Source: a virus
Taxonomy: Duplodnaviria > Heunggongvirae > Uroviricota > Caudoviricetes
Virus record (IMG/VR): IMGVR_UViG_3300036945_000745
Reading direction: 5' to 3' (one strand)
Length of the DNA: 64,000 nucleotides
The notes below the pieces were generated by a model. The model did no database searches and was not told the DNA's origin. It saw nothing but the letters and a program-made list of their open reading frames with translations. Both the position numbers and the translations under genes were made by a program. This document shows, piece after piece, positions 1-9,468 of the stretch. Within the stretch, counting starts at the first letter, position 1, and every line of letters starts with the position of its first letter.

Positions 1-202
1 ATACATTTTTCTCACTAACCATAAATACTACATTATCTGCCAAATTTGAAATCATAATAGCTTCAATCATATCAAATTCACCTAAAATCAATTTTTCACA
101 ATACCTAATTAGTTCCGAATGTATTATGTATTTGTTAGCACTAGCCCAACTAACCAACGATTGATTTCCAATATCGATATGTAATAGCATTGGCTTTATC
201 AT
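1..202 (-). CDS. hypothetical protein, C-terminus cut by window edge
   Basis: ATG at 202 overlaps stop of the downstream ORF (ATGA); open to the window start. Confidence 0.3.
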   Translation of the reverse strand, partial: MIKPMLLHIDIGNQSLVSWASANKYIIHSELIRYCEKLILGEFDMIEAIMISNLADNVVFMVSEKNV

Positions 203-525
203 CCCTTATATGCTTTTATAGATATAATTCTGAAATCATCATCAAATTCAATTACATCCATTATTTCTATAATTTCACCATCAATTTTAATTACTATGGT
301 ATTAAATGTTTTGGTATCGGATTGAACGATATCTAAAACTTTTATTTCGAAATCATTTTCAAAAAGTTGTTTATTAGCATCTAATACATTATTCGGCTTA
401 AACCAACTACCATTCCAATCTACCAATGAAATCCTATCAGAATACATTTCGGATAATGTAGCTAAATCCTTTGAGGATATTGCTTCAAAATATTCATTTG
501 TTTTGATTATAAGATTTTTATACAT
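199..525 (-). CDS. hypothetical protein
   Basis: 108-aa ORF in the co-oriented minus-strand gene string; no recognisable motif. Confidence 0.5.
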   Translation of the reverse strand: MYKNLIIKTNEYFEAISSKDLATLSEMYSDRISLVDWNGSWFKPNNVLDANKQLFENDFEIKVLDIVQSDTKTFNTIVIKIDGEIIEIMDVIEFDDDFRIISIKAYKG

Positions 526-530
526 AAAAA

Positions 531-770
531 CTATTTTTCTATTTTATTTAATCGCTTCGTAAACCATATATAAAGTCCAAAAAACAATCCCGCTATACAA
601 TACAAAACGAAGTTCGCTTTCCATAAACTTCCTGTCAGTAGCAATAGGGAATATTGTACGGCATCGAAGCCAAATGGATTGAAGAATAGAGCCAGCATCA
701 GTGCCATATCTTTGTATAGCATCAATCTGTTTTTCCTGCTTTTCAGCTGTTTGATTGTTTTTACTATCAC
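531..770 (-). CDS. small membrane protein (alternative frame 544..813 overlaps)
   Basis: 79-aa ORF with two hydrophobic helices; competing 89-aa ORF in another frame cannot be excluded. Confidence 0.35.
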   Translation of the reverse strand: MIVKTIKQLKSRKNRLMLYKDMALMLALFFNPFGFDAVQYSLLLLTGSLWKANFVLYCIAGLFFGLYIWFTKRLNKIEK

Positions 771-813
771 CTTCGTCCATTTTATTAAGTTTAATTAAAC
801 AATATATAACCAC

Positions 814-1305
814 CTATAATAAGTATTCAAGTCCTTTAGTATTCGAACGTCTGAATTGAATATCTATTTCCGATTTGGTAGTACCTTCCTTAACTTGCTT
901 CTTATACCATAAATATAAATCTTCTAATGTACCCTTACCTCTTTGCCTTTCCATAGCTTTATCCCATAAATCCTTACCGAATTCCAATGTAAGTTCCTTA
1001 CGAAGTTTCCATAAAATAGATTTCTCATTTTTATCGGCTTCTATTTCTAATTTAAGAGCTTTAATTCGCTTCATCCTACCAGCTTCCAAAGAAGCCTCAA
1101 TACGATTTTGCTCATCCGTACCCCCATAATTCTTATAAGCATCCTCACCGGCTTTCTTGGCAGTTTCTCTAACTTGTATAGCTTCACTAAACATATAAGA
1201 ATAATCAAAGTCACCATTACGGATTTTTAATAAGAGTGGAGCATCTGCTTTAAGTGGCTTATTTGGTCTACCTTTAGTCCACCATCTGAATTTATTGTAC
1301 GCCAT
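814..1305 (-). CDS. hypothetical protein
   Basis: 163-aa ORF; no recognisable motif. Confidence 0.5.
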   Translation of the reverse strand: MAYNKFRWWTKGRPNKPLKADAPLLLKIRNGDFDYSYMFSEAIQVRETAKKAGEDAYKNYGGTDEQNRIEASLEAGRMKRIKALKLEIEADKNEKSILWKLRKELTLEFGKDLWDKAMERQRGKGTLEDLYLWYKKQVKEGTTKSEIDIQFRRSNTKGLEYLL

Positions 1306-1355
1306 AAGTTTTAAGATTTATGTAAAGATAGTAAAAAAAATTGGAGTATCCTAAT

Positions 1356-2501
1356 TTATTTACGATTTAATATTTTATCAAATTCCCATCTGATATTTAG
1401 AGATTTATTATTTACGAATACATCCACTTTACCATTACCATCTATATCAGCTATATTTATCATATCATTATATGCTATACTATTGGATGTATTATCGATG
1501 ATATCATTTGTATTTTCAACATAAGTAACATTATTAATGGTCTTAAACATATTTAGCTTCCATTTTCCATCTGACGAGTTTGTAGCTATTATAAGTTCTT
1601 TAAATCCATCTTTATCAAAATCATACACATCTACTTCCGATATAGTAGCAGATTTTGCTACATCTATACGAATTGAATTAGATTGTGTAAAATTTGCACC
1701 ATCGCCCCACAAAATTCTGAATCGGTTTGTGTAAGTCGGATTATTAATAACATCGTTAATAACCAAATCCAAATAGCCATCATTATTTACATCAATTAAT
1801 TCAGTTACATCAGCCCATTCAATTGAGTCTATATCACTTTTTCGTACAGTAAAATTTCCTTTACCATCATTTATTAATAACTTATTAGATAATCCTTTTG
1901 CATGATGTGTACTAAATATTAGTAAATCAACATCACCATCTTTATCGATATCGCCAGCGGATGCGGTTCTCCAAATTCCTTTCCAATCACTTAACTCCTT
2001 TACTTTAAATGATTTACCACCATCGTTAAACATAATGTTATTGGGTAATATAGGGTCGCAATACCAACAAGTACTCCAATCAGTTCCAGACGGGTCCATT
2101 CCTGATTGAACGAAAATATCTTTATATCCATCCCCATCGAAATCTGCAGCTATCAGTTTACTACCAAATATTTTTTTATTATCTATTGGTAAATTGGTTT
2201 TTGTTAATGGATTTCCAATATAAAATGTTGGTCCTGGCCAAGTATATGCTACATTTACATCGTACCCATCGAACATAACTACATCATCAACTTTATCATT
2301 ATTGAAATCGAATTGCACAAACGAAGCAAATCCATTTGGTATATTCAACCATTGAGGTAAATCTTCTTTAGCTACCGGTTTGGTTTCGGTTGTAGGTGCT
2401 AATGGTAATACATCTTCTTTCTGACAGCTAATTAAAGCTATTGATAAGATTAATATTATTGTTTTTAATATTCTCATACTCTTTTGTTTTATGTAACTCA
2501 T
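1356..2501 (-). CDS. FG-GAP/VCBS-repeat lipoprotein
   Basis: Signal peptide with lipobox (LISC). Five or more Dx(D/N)xDGxxD calcium-loop repeats (DFDGDGYKDIF, DIDKDGDVDLLIF, DVNNDGYLDLVIND, DFDKDGFKELIIAT, DIDGNGKVDVFVNN) typical of FG-GAP beta-propeller blades. Confidence 0.6.
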   Translation of the reverse strand: MSYIKQKSMRILKTIILILSIALISCQKEDVLPLAPTTETKPVAKEDLPQWLNIPNGFASFVQFDFNNDKVDDVVMFDGYDVNVAYTWPGPTFYIGNPLTKTNLPIDNKKIFGSKLIAADFDGDGYKDIFVQSGMDPSGTDWSTCWYCDPILPNNIMFNDGGKSFKVKELSDWKGIWRTASAGDIDKDGDVDLLIFSTHHAKGLSNKLLINDGKGNFTVRKSDIDSIEWADVTELIDVNNDGYLDLVINDVINNPTYTNRFRILWGDGANFTQSNSIRIDVAKSATISEVDVYDFDKDGFKELIIATNSSDGKWKLNMFKTINNVTYVENTNDIIDNTSNSIAYNDMINIADIDGNGKVDVFVNNKSLNIRWEFDKILNRK

Positions 2502-2658
2502 ATTCCATTATTTTTACTTCTAAAAATTCAAATGATTCGGATGAGCCAGTTAAAGAATCGTATTTTTGATAACGTTTTACAAATTCCTCTAATCCATTTT
2601 TATTCAACTCCTCATTTAAATCTTCAACACTTTTAAGATAACATTGATTAAATCCCAT
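2428..2658 (-). CDS. hypothetical protein
   Basis: 76-aa ORF; overlaps the 5' end of 1356..2501, so its start is uncertain. Confidence 0.35.
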   Translation of the reverse strand: MGFNQCYLKSVEDLNEELNKNGLEEFVKRYQKYDSLTGSSESFEFLEVKIMEYELHKTKEYENIKNNNINLINSFN

Positions 2659-3014
2659 TATTTCTTTTTATTTTTTCTACTACCATAATCATCAAATTCC
2701 TCTTCATTGATTTGCTGTTCTTGTAATTCTTGCAACACATTAACATACTCTTCAGCTGCTCTTCTCAATTCAGGTGATGGTTCATATAAACCCCTATCTA
2801 TTGCATTTTCCATCTCCTCTTCTTTGTATTCATATGCTCTTTCAGCAATCCATTCTCTCCAACCAGATTCGTGATACCCTAATCCAACTACCAATGTGTG
2901 GAATGCTTCCATTAATTCATCGATATCGGTATCACTATGGTCTAATTCAACTGATACTTTTGTACCATATTGCTGTGCCGTAATTATTGTTGGCTTCTTA
3001 AAATCTAAATTCAT
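2658..3014 (-). CDS. hypothetical acidic protein
   Basis: 118-aa ORF, Glu-rich. Confidence 0.5.
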   Translation of the reverse strand: MNLDFKKPTIITAQQYGTKVSVELDHSDTDIDELMEAFHTLVVGLGYHESGWREWIAERAYEYKEEEMENAIDRGLYEPSPELRRAAEEYVNVLQELQEQQINEEEFDDYGSRKNKKK

Positions 3015-3024
3015 ATTATTTGGT

Positions 3025-3357
3025 TTAATCGAACCATTGCGTTCGGTTTGTTTTAATATTTACGATACCATCATCTTTGAACTTCGGGTCTCCACCCTTT
3101 CTTTCCGCTGCTTCAGCTATCTTACGGGCTCTCTCATCATCACCAACCTTACCCAATTCTTTAGCTCTCTTTAGCTCTTCAGTTGTTAATGCTTCACCTT
3201 TTGTCATTGCGGCGAATTGCTTTGCGTGATATTGACCGATGGGTGTGGTGAATTGTTTTAAGTAAGCCGCTTTGCTATCTAAGTATTCAAAGAAATCAGC
3301 TTCACTTAATTTAGCCATTTGCTCATCGGTTAATTCGTTATTCGGATTGTAAATCAT
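3025..3357 (-). CDS. hypothetical protein
   Basis: 110-aa ORF. Confidence 0.5.
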   Translation of the reverse strand: MIYNPNNELTDEQMAKLSEADFFEYLDSKAAYLKQFTTPIGQYHAKQFAAMTKGEALTTEELKRAKELGKVGDDERARKIAEAAERKGGDPKFKDDGIVNIKTNRTQWFD

Positions 3358-3778
3358 CTATATCAATTTCAGGGTTTAATTTATAAAGAAGTTCTCCATC
3401 AGCGTTAACTGAATTCATTATAATAGTTCCATCCATTACCATTTCACCAAACGTTTTATGAATACCTTCGGTTGTAAGTCTTTCAACTATTTCTGCAAAT
3501 TGTTCATCCAATAAATGGATATCATTTAATTGTTCCCAATTACGTTGCATTTGTATTTCTAATTCTCTTCTAAGTTTGAATATGTCACAGAATATATATT
3601 GCTCATAGAATCCATTTGACTCCAATTCATACATTATATTATCAGCCGTTTCTATTATTTCGGTTAATATATCCACTTTACGATTTTTGTTCGTTAAACA
3701 ATTTAAATGCCTCATCCTCTTCTTCTTTGGTTGGATGATATGTGGAATTATGGTACTCATCATCATAAAATAATTCAT
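3338..3778 (-). CDS. hypothetical protein (start probably internal)
   Basis: 146-aa ORF; the 5' 100 nt overlap 3678..3941 in another frame. Confidence 0.45.
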   Translation of the reverse strand: MNYFMMMSTIIPHIIQPKKKRMRHLNCLTNKNRKVDILTEIIETADNIMYELESNGFYEQYIFCDIFKLRRELEIQMQRNWEQLNDIHLLDEQFAEIVERLTTEGIHKTFGEMVMDGTIIMNSVNADGELLYKLNPEIDIDDLQSE

Positions 3779-3941
3779 CTGGAATTATTGAACCATTTTT
3801 AATTTGATTCCAAAATTCTATCTCTTCATTGGCTTTTTGTTCACACCATTGTTGAAATTGATACTCATCATCAACCATATCAGAATTACTTCCAGTCATA
3901 TGTTGTTGATATTCCATAAATAACTCTTTCATTTTTCCCAT
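3678..3941 (-). CDS. hypothetical acidic protein
   Basis: 87-aa ORF. Confidence 0.4.
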   Translation of the reverse strand: MGKMKELFMEYQQHMTGSNSDMVDDEYQFQQWCEQKANEEIEFWNQIKNGSIIPDELFYDDEYHNSTYHPTKEEEDEAFKLFNEQKS

Positions 3942-3944
3942 AAC

Positions 3945-4313
3945 TTATTTATTTTTAATGTTACTAATAATATTCTCCAATAGTTCAACCTCATTTTGAA
4001 ATATAGTTTCTTCAAACTCATTTCTATCGGCTTCAATAAATAGGTTTACCATTTCAACTAGCTTTTTTTGGTATTCCGAATTGATTGTATTAGTTAATGT
4101 AAATTTATGATTGGTAATCGATATACTAAAATCTTCCACCTTTGCCCAATATGATAAACGCTTATTGACCATAAAGTATCTGCCAGTAAGAGGTGCGATT
4201 TTTAAATCAGTATCCGGTTGCTCACACAACATTTGAATAACATCGTATGTAAGTTGTTCCTTCTCATTCATTTTGTAAGGAGGAAAAAGTTTTCGTTTCA
4301 GTGCTTTTATCAT
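3945..4313 (-). CDS. hypothetical protein
   Basis: 122-aa ORF. Confidence 0.5.
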   Translation of the reverse strand: MIKALKRKLFPPYKMNEKEQLTYDVIQMLCEQPDTDLKIAPLTGRYFMVNKRLSYWAKVEDFSISITNHKFTLTNTINSEYQKKLVEMVNLFIEADRNEFEETIFQNEVELLENIISNIKNK

Positions 4314-4359
4314 ATCGTTTAAGTTTTAATTGTTACACAATATACAAAAAATATTTGAA

Positions 4360-4905
4360 TTAATCAAGTATTATTTTAACTATTTTTGCCAATCTATTTG
4401 ATTTAGCTACAATAGTTAACGTATCCCCTTTCATATTATACATCGGAGCTATTACTGTATTGATACTACCATCTGCCGAATTGTAACATATAGGGTTGAT
4501 AGTTGGTACTTGCGCAGATTTAAGATTAACTACCTTAATACTATCTACGATTTGCCATCCCAATCCTCGCCACGTCCTACGATATATTGTACCAATGGAC
4601 TCACCTTGCTTCAGTGTCCAATAATGAGAGCTTTCCCATTCCACTTTCTCTCTTGGATTATCTGGCACTCTTCCATTTATTCTAATTGAGCCTGATATTG
4701 TATGGATGTTTTGAGTTGTAGTTGAATACAACTTAAAATGAGAATACCCATTCACATCAATTGGTAAACGGGTATCGATATTCATTTCAATACTATTGTT
4801 TGGAAATATATCTTCTTTACTACATGATGAAAAAAATGTGATACATGCTAATAACAAAATATAAATTGCCATAAGTATCAATTTATCATATGATTTATTT
4901 TTCAT
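4360..4905 (-). CDS. putative lipoprotein
   Basis: N-terminal hydrophobic segment ending FFSSC (lipobox-like). Confidence 0.5.
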   Translation of the reverse strand: MKNKSYDKLILMAIYILLLACITFFSSCSKEDIFPNNSIEMNIDTRLPIDVNGYSHFKLYSTTTQNIHTISGSIRINGRVPDNPREKVEWESSHYWTLKQGESIGTIYRRTWRGLGWQIVDSIKVVNLKSAQVPTINPICYNSADGSINTVIAPMYNMKGDTLTIVAKSNRLAKIVKIILD

Positions 4906-4906
4906 A

Positions 4907-5206
4907 TTATTCAGTTTGAGTTGTGAGTATTAATTCAAATTCTTCAGCTGCTTTTTTATTTTTTTCTTTTAATAATTCCAAAGCAATTTCATATCTACCT
5001 AATTGTATTTGTAGTGGTAAATTTTCAGCACTAACTGAATCAATCATCGTTTCCAATGAATCGATAGTTTGTATAGTTTGAATGTTCCCTCGCATCGCAG
5101 GTGCTTTTTCTTTCAACTCTTTAATTTCATTATTCTGCATATAGATTACACTTAACAATGCAATTGCAGTACCCAATCTTAGTAATGGATTGATAAATTT
5201 TTTCAT
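4907..5206 (-). CDS. secreted coiled-coil protein
   Basis: Signal-peptide-like N-terminus; heptad-rich remainder. Confidence 0.45.
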   Translation of the reverse strand: MKKFINPLLRLGTAIALLSVIYMQNNEIKELKEKAPAMRGNIQTIQTIDSLETMIDSVSAENLPLQIQLGRYEIALELLKEKNKKAAEEFELILTTQTE

Positions 5207-5210
5207 ATAA

Positions 5211-5582
5211 CTAAACTTTTACTTCTATTTCGTATGCTTTTACAGATGGTAATCCACTATATTCACAATATAATTCTTCCTTCTTTTCAATTATCATTCG
5301 CTTAATATCATCATCAAAATATACACCATCAGATTCCATATCCGCAATTGTTCTAAACATTGCTTGATATACAGCTTTCTTTTCCTTTTTAGGAACTGTT
5401 TCACCATCAAATAAACGTTGCATTACAACAAATAATGCATCTCTGCCATACTTCTTAGCGTTTGGGTCGTGCTGGTAACCATTTTTTTCCATATTAGAAA
5501 ACTCTTTATACATCAGAATACCAAATACGATAAACAAAGTTGAAACGATGGTTGTTAGAATTATTATATCTAAATTTTCCAT
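5211..5582 (-). CDS. membrane-anchored hypothetical protein
   Basis: N-terminal transmembrane helix. Confidence 0.5.
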   Translation of the reverse strand: MENLDIIILTTIVSTLFIVFGILMYKEFSNMEKNGYQHDPNAKKYGRDALFVVMQRLFDGETVPKKEKKAVYQAMFRTIADMESDGVYFDDDIKRMIIEKKEELYCEYSGLPSVKAYEIEVKV

Positions 5583-5583
5583 T

Positions 5584-5757
5584 TTTACTTTCTTTTAATG
5601 TTAATAAAATTAATTAATCCCAATATTGTTGGAGGCCATAATCCAATAAAAATTGCCTTTAATACGTTATTCTGAACTAAGTAGATATATTCACTTACGA
5701 ATATACACACTACACAAACTGCTACTATAAGAATTTCACTTATGCTAAATTTTTTCA
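5584..5757 (-). CDS. small two-helix membrane protein (58 aa, below the ORF-track cut-off)
   Basis: Manual translation MKKFSISEILIVAVCVVCIFVSEYIYLVQNNVLKAIFIGLWPPTILGLINFINIKRK. Confidence 0.3.
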
Positions 5758-5759
5758 TA

Positions 5760-6020
5760 TTATAATTGTTGTATTTTGATTAAAACTTCAGTTACTTCAT
5801 TGGGTGATAGATACCCTAATACATCATCCGTAATCGGCGTATCGTATGTAATTCCATCGGATTTCAATACTGCTAATTCATATAATCCATCCTTACCTCC
5901 ATATGAATAATCATGCTTCACAATAGATGCACCATATCCATTTTCGAAATTAACAATACATTGAACTCCGTTATAGAACGAATCCAACTCTTTGAACTCT
6001 AAGTCTTTAAATGTTTTCAT
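5760..6020 (-). CDS. hypothetical protein
   Basis: 86-aa ORF. Confidence 0.5.
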   Translation of the reverse strand: MKTFKDLEFKELDSFYNGVQCIVNFENGYGASIVKHDYSYGGKDGLYELAVLKSDGITYDTPITDDVLGYLSPNEVTEVLIKIQQL

Positions 6021-6039
6021 TTGTTTTAAATTTTATGTT

Positions 6040-6076
6040 ATTGAAGATAGTAGGGGAATCGAACCCCTACTCCATT
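6040..6076 (-). other. tRNA T-arm-like hairpin in an intergenic region
   Basis: Minus-strand AGUAGGGG-UUCGAUU-CCCCUACU, an 8-bp stem with a canonical T-loop heptamer. Confidence 0.35.
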
Positions 6077-6086
6077 CCAAACTATC

Positions 6087-7010
6087 TTATTTAATGTTCT
6101 TAAACATTTGTGGTACTTCACCATAAACTGGCAACTTACCATCCCATTTGTTGATGTACTCCAATTGTAATAACAATGGTGTTAGGGTTTGTTGCTTCAT
6201 TCTATTTGATTCAGCTTCAGCTTTTGCTGATGTTAACATCGCCTGTGCATTACCTTCTGCGGTTGCTACTTTAATCTTCGCTTGTGCTTCAGCCGTTTTA
6301 ACTTCGTTCTCTGCTCTCAATGCTGCCTGAACTGCGTTGTTCTTAGCCTCAATAGATTTCTTAAAGGTTTCAGGGTAAATCAAATTCGATGTGAACTGAT
6401 TGATTACAAATCCCTCCTTTAATAACTGCCCATCTAATAATCTACGAACTTCGATTTCAAATACTGCTCTATTACTAATCAATTCATCAGCCGTATATTT
6501 GTTAGTTGCTAATCTGAATGCATCATACACTGCGGTCTTTAAGAATCCTTCTTCGATATCTTCCAAAGGTCTACGATACTTACTAAAGATTGCCGGTACT
6601 TTATCCCTTTGTACTGAATAGTTCATAATAGGTGATACATTAAATTCCGAACCATCCTTACTATTTACGATGAATGAATTCTCTCCTTTGTATTCCTTAT
6701 GTTGAATAAATGTAGGGAACTCATAAATGGCAGTTGTAAGTGGATTATAAAATACCATACCTGTAACTGCTACTACATCATCTACACCTTTATTATCACC
6801 ATACTGATTGACCTTAACACCAACGTGTCCTGCATCAATTCTTTCACACGAATTAAATAATACTACTAATCCGATAAATGCTCCAATACCTACTAAAATT
6901 TTCTTAATCATTTGTTTAATTTTTAATTGTTGTTCTACTTTTAATTGTTCTCGTTCTCTTTCGATTTCAGCCTGTCTTTGTGCCCAAACATCTTGCATAT
7001 CATACGCCAT
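6087..7010 (-). CDS. SPFH/band-7 (prohibitin/HflKC-like) membrane protein
   Basis: N-terminal TM helix followed by IDAGHVGVKV core. Ala/Gln/Glu-rich coiled-coil tail and a C-terminal W-DGKLP motif, as in stomatin/prohibitin-family proteins. Confidence 0.7.
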   Translation of the reverse strand: MAYDMQDVWAQRQAEIEREREQLKVEQQLKIKQMIKKILVGIGAFIGLVVLFNSCERIDAGHVGVKVNQYGDNKGVDDVVAVTGMVFYNPLTTAIYEFPTFIQHKEYKGENSFIVNSKDGSEFNVSPIMNYSVQRDKVPAIFSKYRRPLEDIEEGFLKTAVYDAFRLATNKYTADELISNRAVFEIEVRRLLDGQLLKEGFVINQFTSNLIYPETFKKSIEAKNNAVQAALRAENEVKTAEAQAKIKVATAEGNAQAMLTSAKAEAESNRMKQQTLTPLLLQLEYINKWDGKLPVYGEVPQMFKNIK

Positions 7011-7011
7011 A

Positions 7012-7290
7012 TTACTTTGTTTTTTTAGTGTACTTACGTTTTGGTTTTACAATTGGAGATTCTGTTATAGTTTCATCCACCTGCGATGGATATGGATTTC
7101 CATTTGAACTCTTAACATAATCATATAGAGATAATCCTCCCCATAATAAAAATAATAATGCTCCTATACCTCCTAATATATTTAGCAAGGTATTAGCGGC
7201 TGTTAATGCTGGGAATATACCATACGTTGCCAATAAAAATATTGTAATAAAGGTAACGATTTGTTTTTTGTATTGTTTAATTTTTTCCAT
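7012..7290 (-). CDS. membrane protein adjacent to the SPFH gene
   Basis: Two hydrophobic helices; Lys-rich tail. Confidence 0.5.
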   Translation of the reverse strand: MEKIKQYKKQIVTFITIFLLATYGIFPALTAANTLLNILGGIGALLFLLWGGLSLYDYVKSSNGNPYPSQVDETITESPIVKPKRKYTKKTK

Positions 7291-7578
7291 AATTCAAATA
7301 TACGAATTTATTTTTAATTTACCAATTAATTTAAATAGAATAATTCTAATCCGTTTGGCATTCCTACGATAACTTCCATAGGAATTTGACTACTATGCAT
7401 CATAATTTATGAGTTTAAAGTTCTTCAACAATTCCCAATATTTCAGCTACAATGAATAACACACCTGCTACCCAAATATCGGATTTACATAATGCAATAC
7501 CAGCGCAAATTCGTAATGCAGATTTAACTACACTAATTCGAAAATGCCAATTCGTTTTTGATTCTTTTAGTTGTGCCA

Positions 7579-7821
7579 TTATAGTATAATTTTTTTGGTT
7601 ATGTTTAAAATTGTTTGCTCATCTTCTTTGGATAATCTCCAACTATTACCTAATAATTTACGAACAGAGATATCAAAATCGTTAGCATCATCACTCTCAT
7701 CTAAATGCCCATCTTCTTTAAGGGCTTGAACTAAATCTTTAATTTCACTATTCGAACATGCTGATAAAAAGTCATTAACATCAACTTCAATTTCATCTGG
7801 GTTTGTTTCAAAATACGGCAT
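7579..7821 (-). CDS. hypothetical acidic protein
   Basis: 80-aa ORF. Confidence 0.45.
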   Translation of the reverse strand: MPYFETNPDEIEVDVNDFLSACSNSEIKDLVQALKEDGHLDESDDANDFDISVRKLLGNSWRLSKEDEQTILNITKKIIL

Positions 7822-7855
7822 AATTTATATTTTTAAATGTTATTAAATTTTTATA

Positions 7856-7890
7856 CTCAAAAAAACATAGAACCCCACTAAAAGTGGGGT
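7856..7890 (-). terminator. intrinsic terminator after the AAA+ ATPase gene
   Basis: Minus-strand ACCCCACU-UUU-AGUGGGGU hairpin followed by UCUAUGUUUUUUU. Confidence 0.55.
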
Positions 7891-7952
7891 CTATGCAACC
7901 GGGGTGGGAGAGTTATGAGTATGAGTTATGAGTAATACCACCCCTTATATTT

Positions 7953-9176
7953 TTACCAAACAATTTCATCCTTTTGTGGTTCTTCCACAACGTTATCATA
8001 TAAGCCTGAATTATCTTCAGCTCTTACATACTTTTGAACTAATTGTTTGATGTAAGTACGTTCTGAATCCATACCACCATCTTGCGAATACATTGGGAAG
8101 ATAGCAACTTCAGCTGCTTCGATTAAGTTGAACCCATCGTAAATCAATCCAGCCATCTCTACCGAAGTACGAGTCGATACTGCTGTGCTAATTTTACCCA
8201 CATCGGATTTGATTTGCTCACGAGTGTGATGAGTGATTTCGGCAATTGCTCTTAAGTCCTCAGCGTTTGTATCGGGATACAACATAGTAAGTAATTCAAG
8301 CTCTTGCTCAGCGTTCAACACATCAACCTCAATCGTTACGAAACGGTCAACCAATGCACGGTCAAGAACACGTGTCGATGTAAATTCATTACCGATGTTA
8401 GCGGTAGCGATAAAGGTAACACCTTCGGCTACTTTAACGATTGGTGAATCAACAGCCTCATCCAAACGTAAGTAACGTTGGGTTTGGTCTAACACAGTCA
8501 TTAAGATATTCCATGCTTCGGGATGTGAACGGGATAACTCATCCAATAAGATAACTGAATACGGAGTCTTAATAGCTTTAACGAATGCTGATTCGTTGAA
8601 GTAAGTACCATCAGCTTTACTGAAGTGAGTATTACCAATAAGTGATGCTCTGGGGTCTTGCGTTGCTCCTAAGTTAAAGTAGAAGAACGGGCGATTAAGA
8701 GCTTCAACTAATGCTTTAGCTGCCATAGTTTTACCACTACCTGCAGGTCCAGTCATCATAATATTTTTTGCTCTAACTGCTGAACGAAGTAAGTATTTCC
8801 ACTTCAATTCAGTCATAATAAGATTCTTAGGTTTAAGGGAGATACCATCTTTGTGGATAAAATCGATAACTGCCGTATGGTCGGTTGGATTTTCAACCAC
8901 AGTCTCAGCGATTGCGGTGTTGATTGGTTTAACCAACATTTCCGTATATTGATTCATATCAACCATACGAAACGATTTCTGTCCGTTTTTATTGATGTGG
9001 GAACGGATAGCTGAACCACTTTTGTTTGCTTTCTTTCTAAGGAAAGATGAAACGATTGTAGAATCGGTTTCTACTTCACCGGCCGTATTAACTAAGTTAA
9101 AACGATTACCAACATTCTCAACTTTGTAGATTTCATTAGTGTAACCTACTAACACTTCTTTTTTTGAATTTCTCAT
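7953..9176 (-). CDS. AAA+ ATPase, MoxR/CobS-like (AAA_5)
   Basis: Walker A MMTGPAGSGKTM; Walker B VILLDELSRSHPEAWNILMTVLDQ; sits next to a vWA partner gene. Confidence 0.7.
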   Translation of the reverse strand: MRNSKKEVLVGYTNEIYKVENVGNRFNLVNTAGEVETDSTIVSSFLRKKANKSGSAIRSHINKNGQKSFRMVDMNQYTEMLVKPINTAIAETVVENPTDHTAVIDFIHKDGISLKPKNLIMTELKWKYLLRSAVRAKNIMMTGPAGSGKTMAAKALVEALNRPFFYFNLGATQDPRASLIGNTHFSKADGTYFNESAFVKAIKTPYSVILLDELSRSHPEAWNILMTVLDQTQRYLRLDEAVDSPIVKVAEGVTFIATANIGNEFTSTRVLDRALVDRFVTIEVDVLNAEQELELLTMLYPDTNAEDLRAIAEITHHTREQIKSDVGKISTAVSTRTSVEMAGLIYDGFNLIEAAEVAIFPMYSQDGGMDSERTYIKQLVQKYVRAEDNSGLYDNVVEEPQKDEIVW

Positions 9177-9225
9177 AACTCTATTTTTTTAAAGGATTAA
9201 TAATAACTCTCATTGTTATTACATA

Positions 9226-9260
9226 GTAAATATACGAAATATAATCGGTATTGCCAAATA
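9226..9260 (-). promoter_or_regulatory. long-form promoter (TTGGCAATACCGATTATATTTCGTATATTTAC)
   Basis: TTTG ... TATATTTA -33/-7-like elements upstream of 7953..9176; near-identical copies at 11670, 28025, 29267 and 31591. Confidence 0.5.
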
Positions 9261-9405
9261 TATTATCAATTATTTTAAAAATATTTCAGAAATATACCAT
9301 AAATAAGGGGTCAAATTCTCACATAAACCCGGCAGGAATCGATTATAATTACCCAATAAGGTCAGTATTCCATTCTTCATATTAGTATAGTTTAGATGTG
9401 TAACT

Positions 9406-9445
9406 CATTGATAATCAATGGGTCATAACTTATTGATTATCAACA
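9406..9445. promoter_or_regulatory. pair of palindromic TTGATAATCAA / TTGATTATCAA sites (operator candidates)
   Basis: Perfect 11-bp palindromes 25 bp apart in a long intergenic region; further copies at 11729, 11778, 29476 and a half-site at 31724. Confidence 0.4.
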
Positions 9446-9468
9446 CGTTATGAACCCATTGTTTTTTA

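Noticed and set aside
3338-3941. Programmed frameshift joining 3678..3941 and 3338..3778
   Set aside because: The 100-nt overlap has no slippery heptamer that I could see. More likely the downstream ORF starts at an internal Met.
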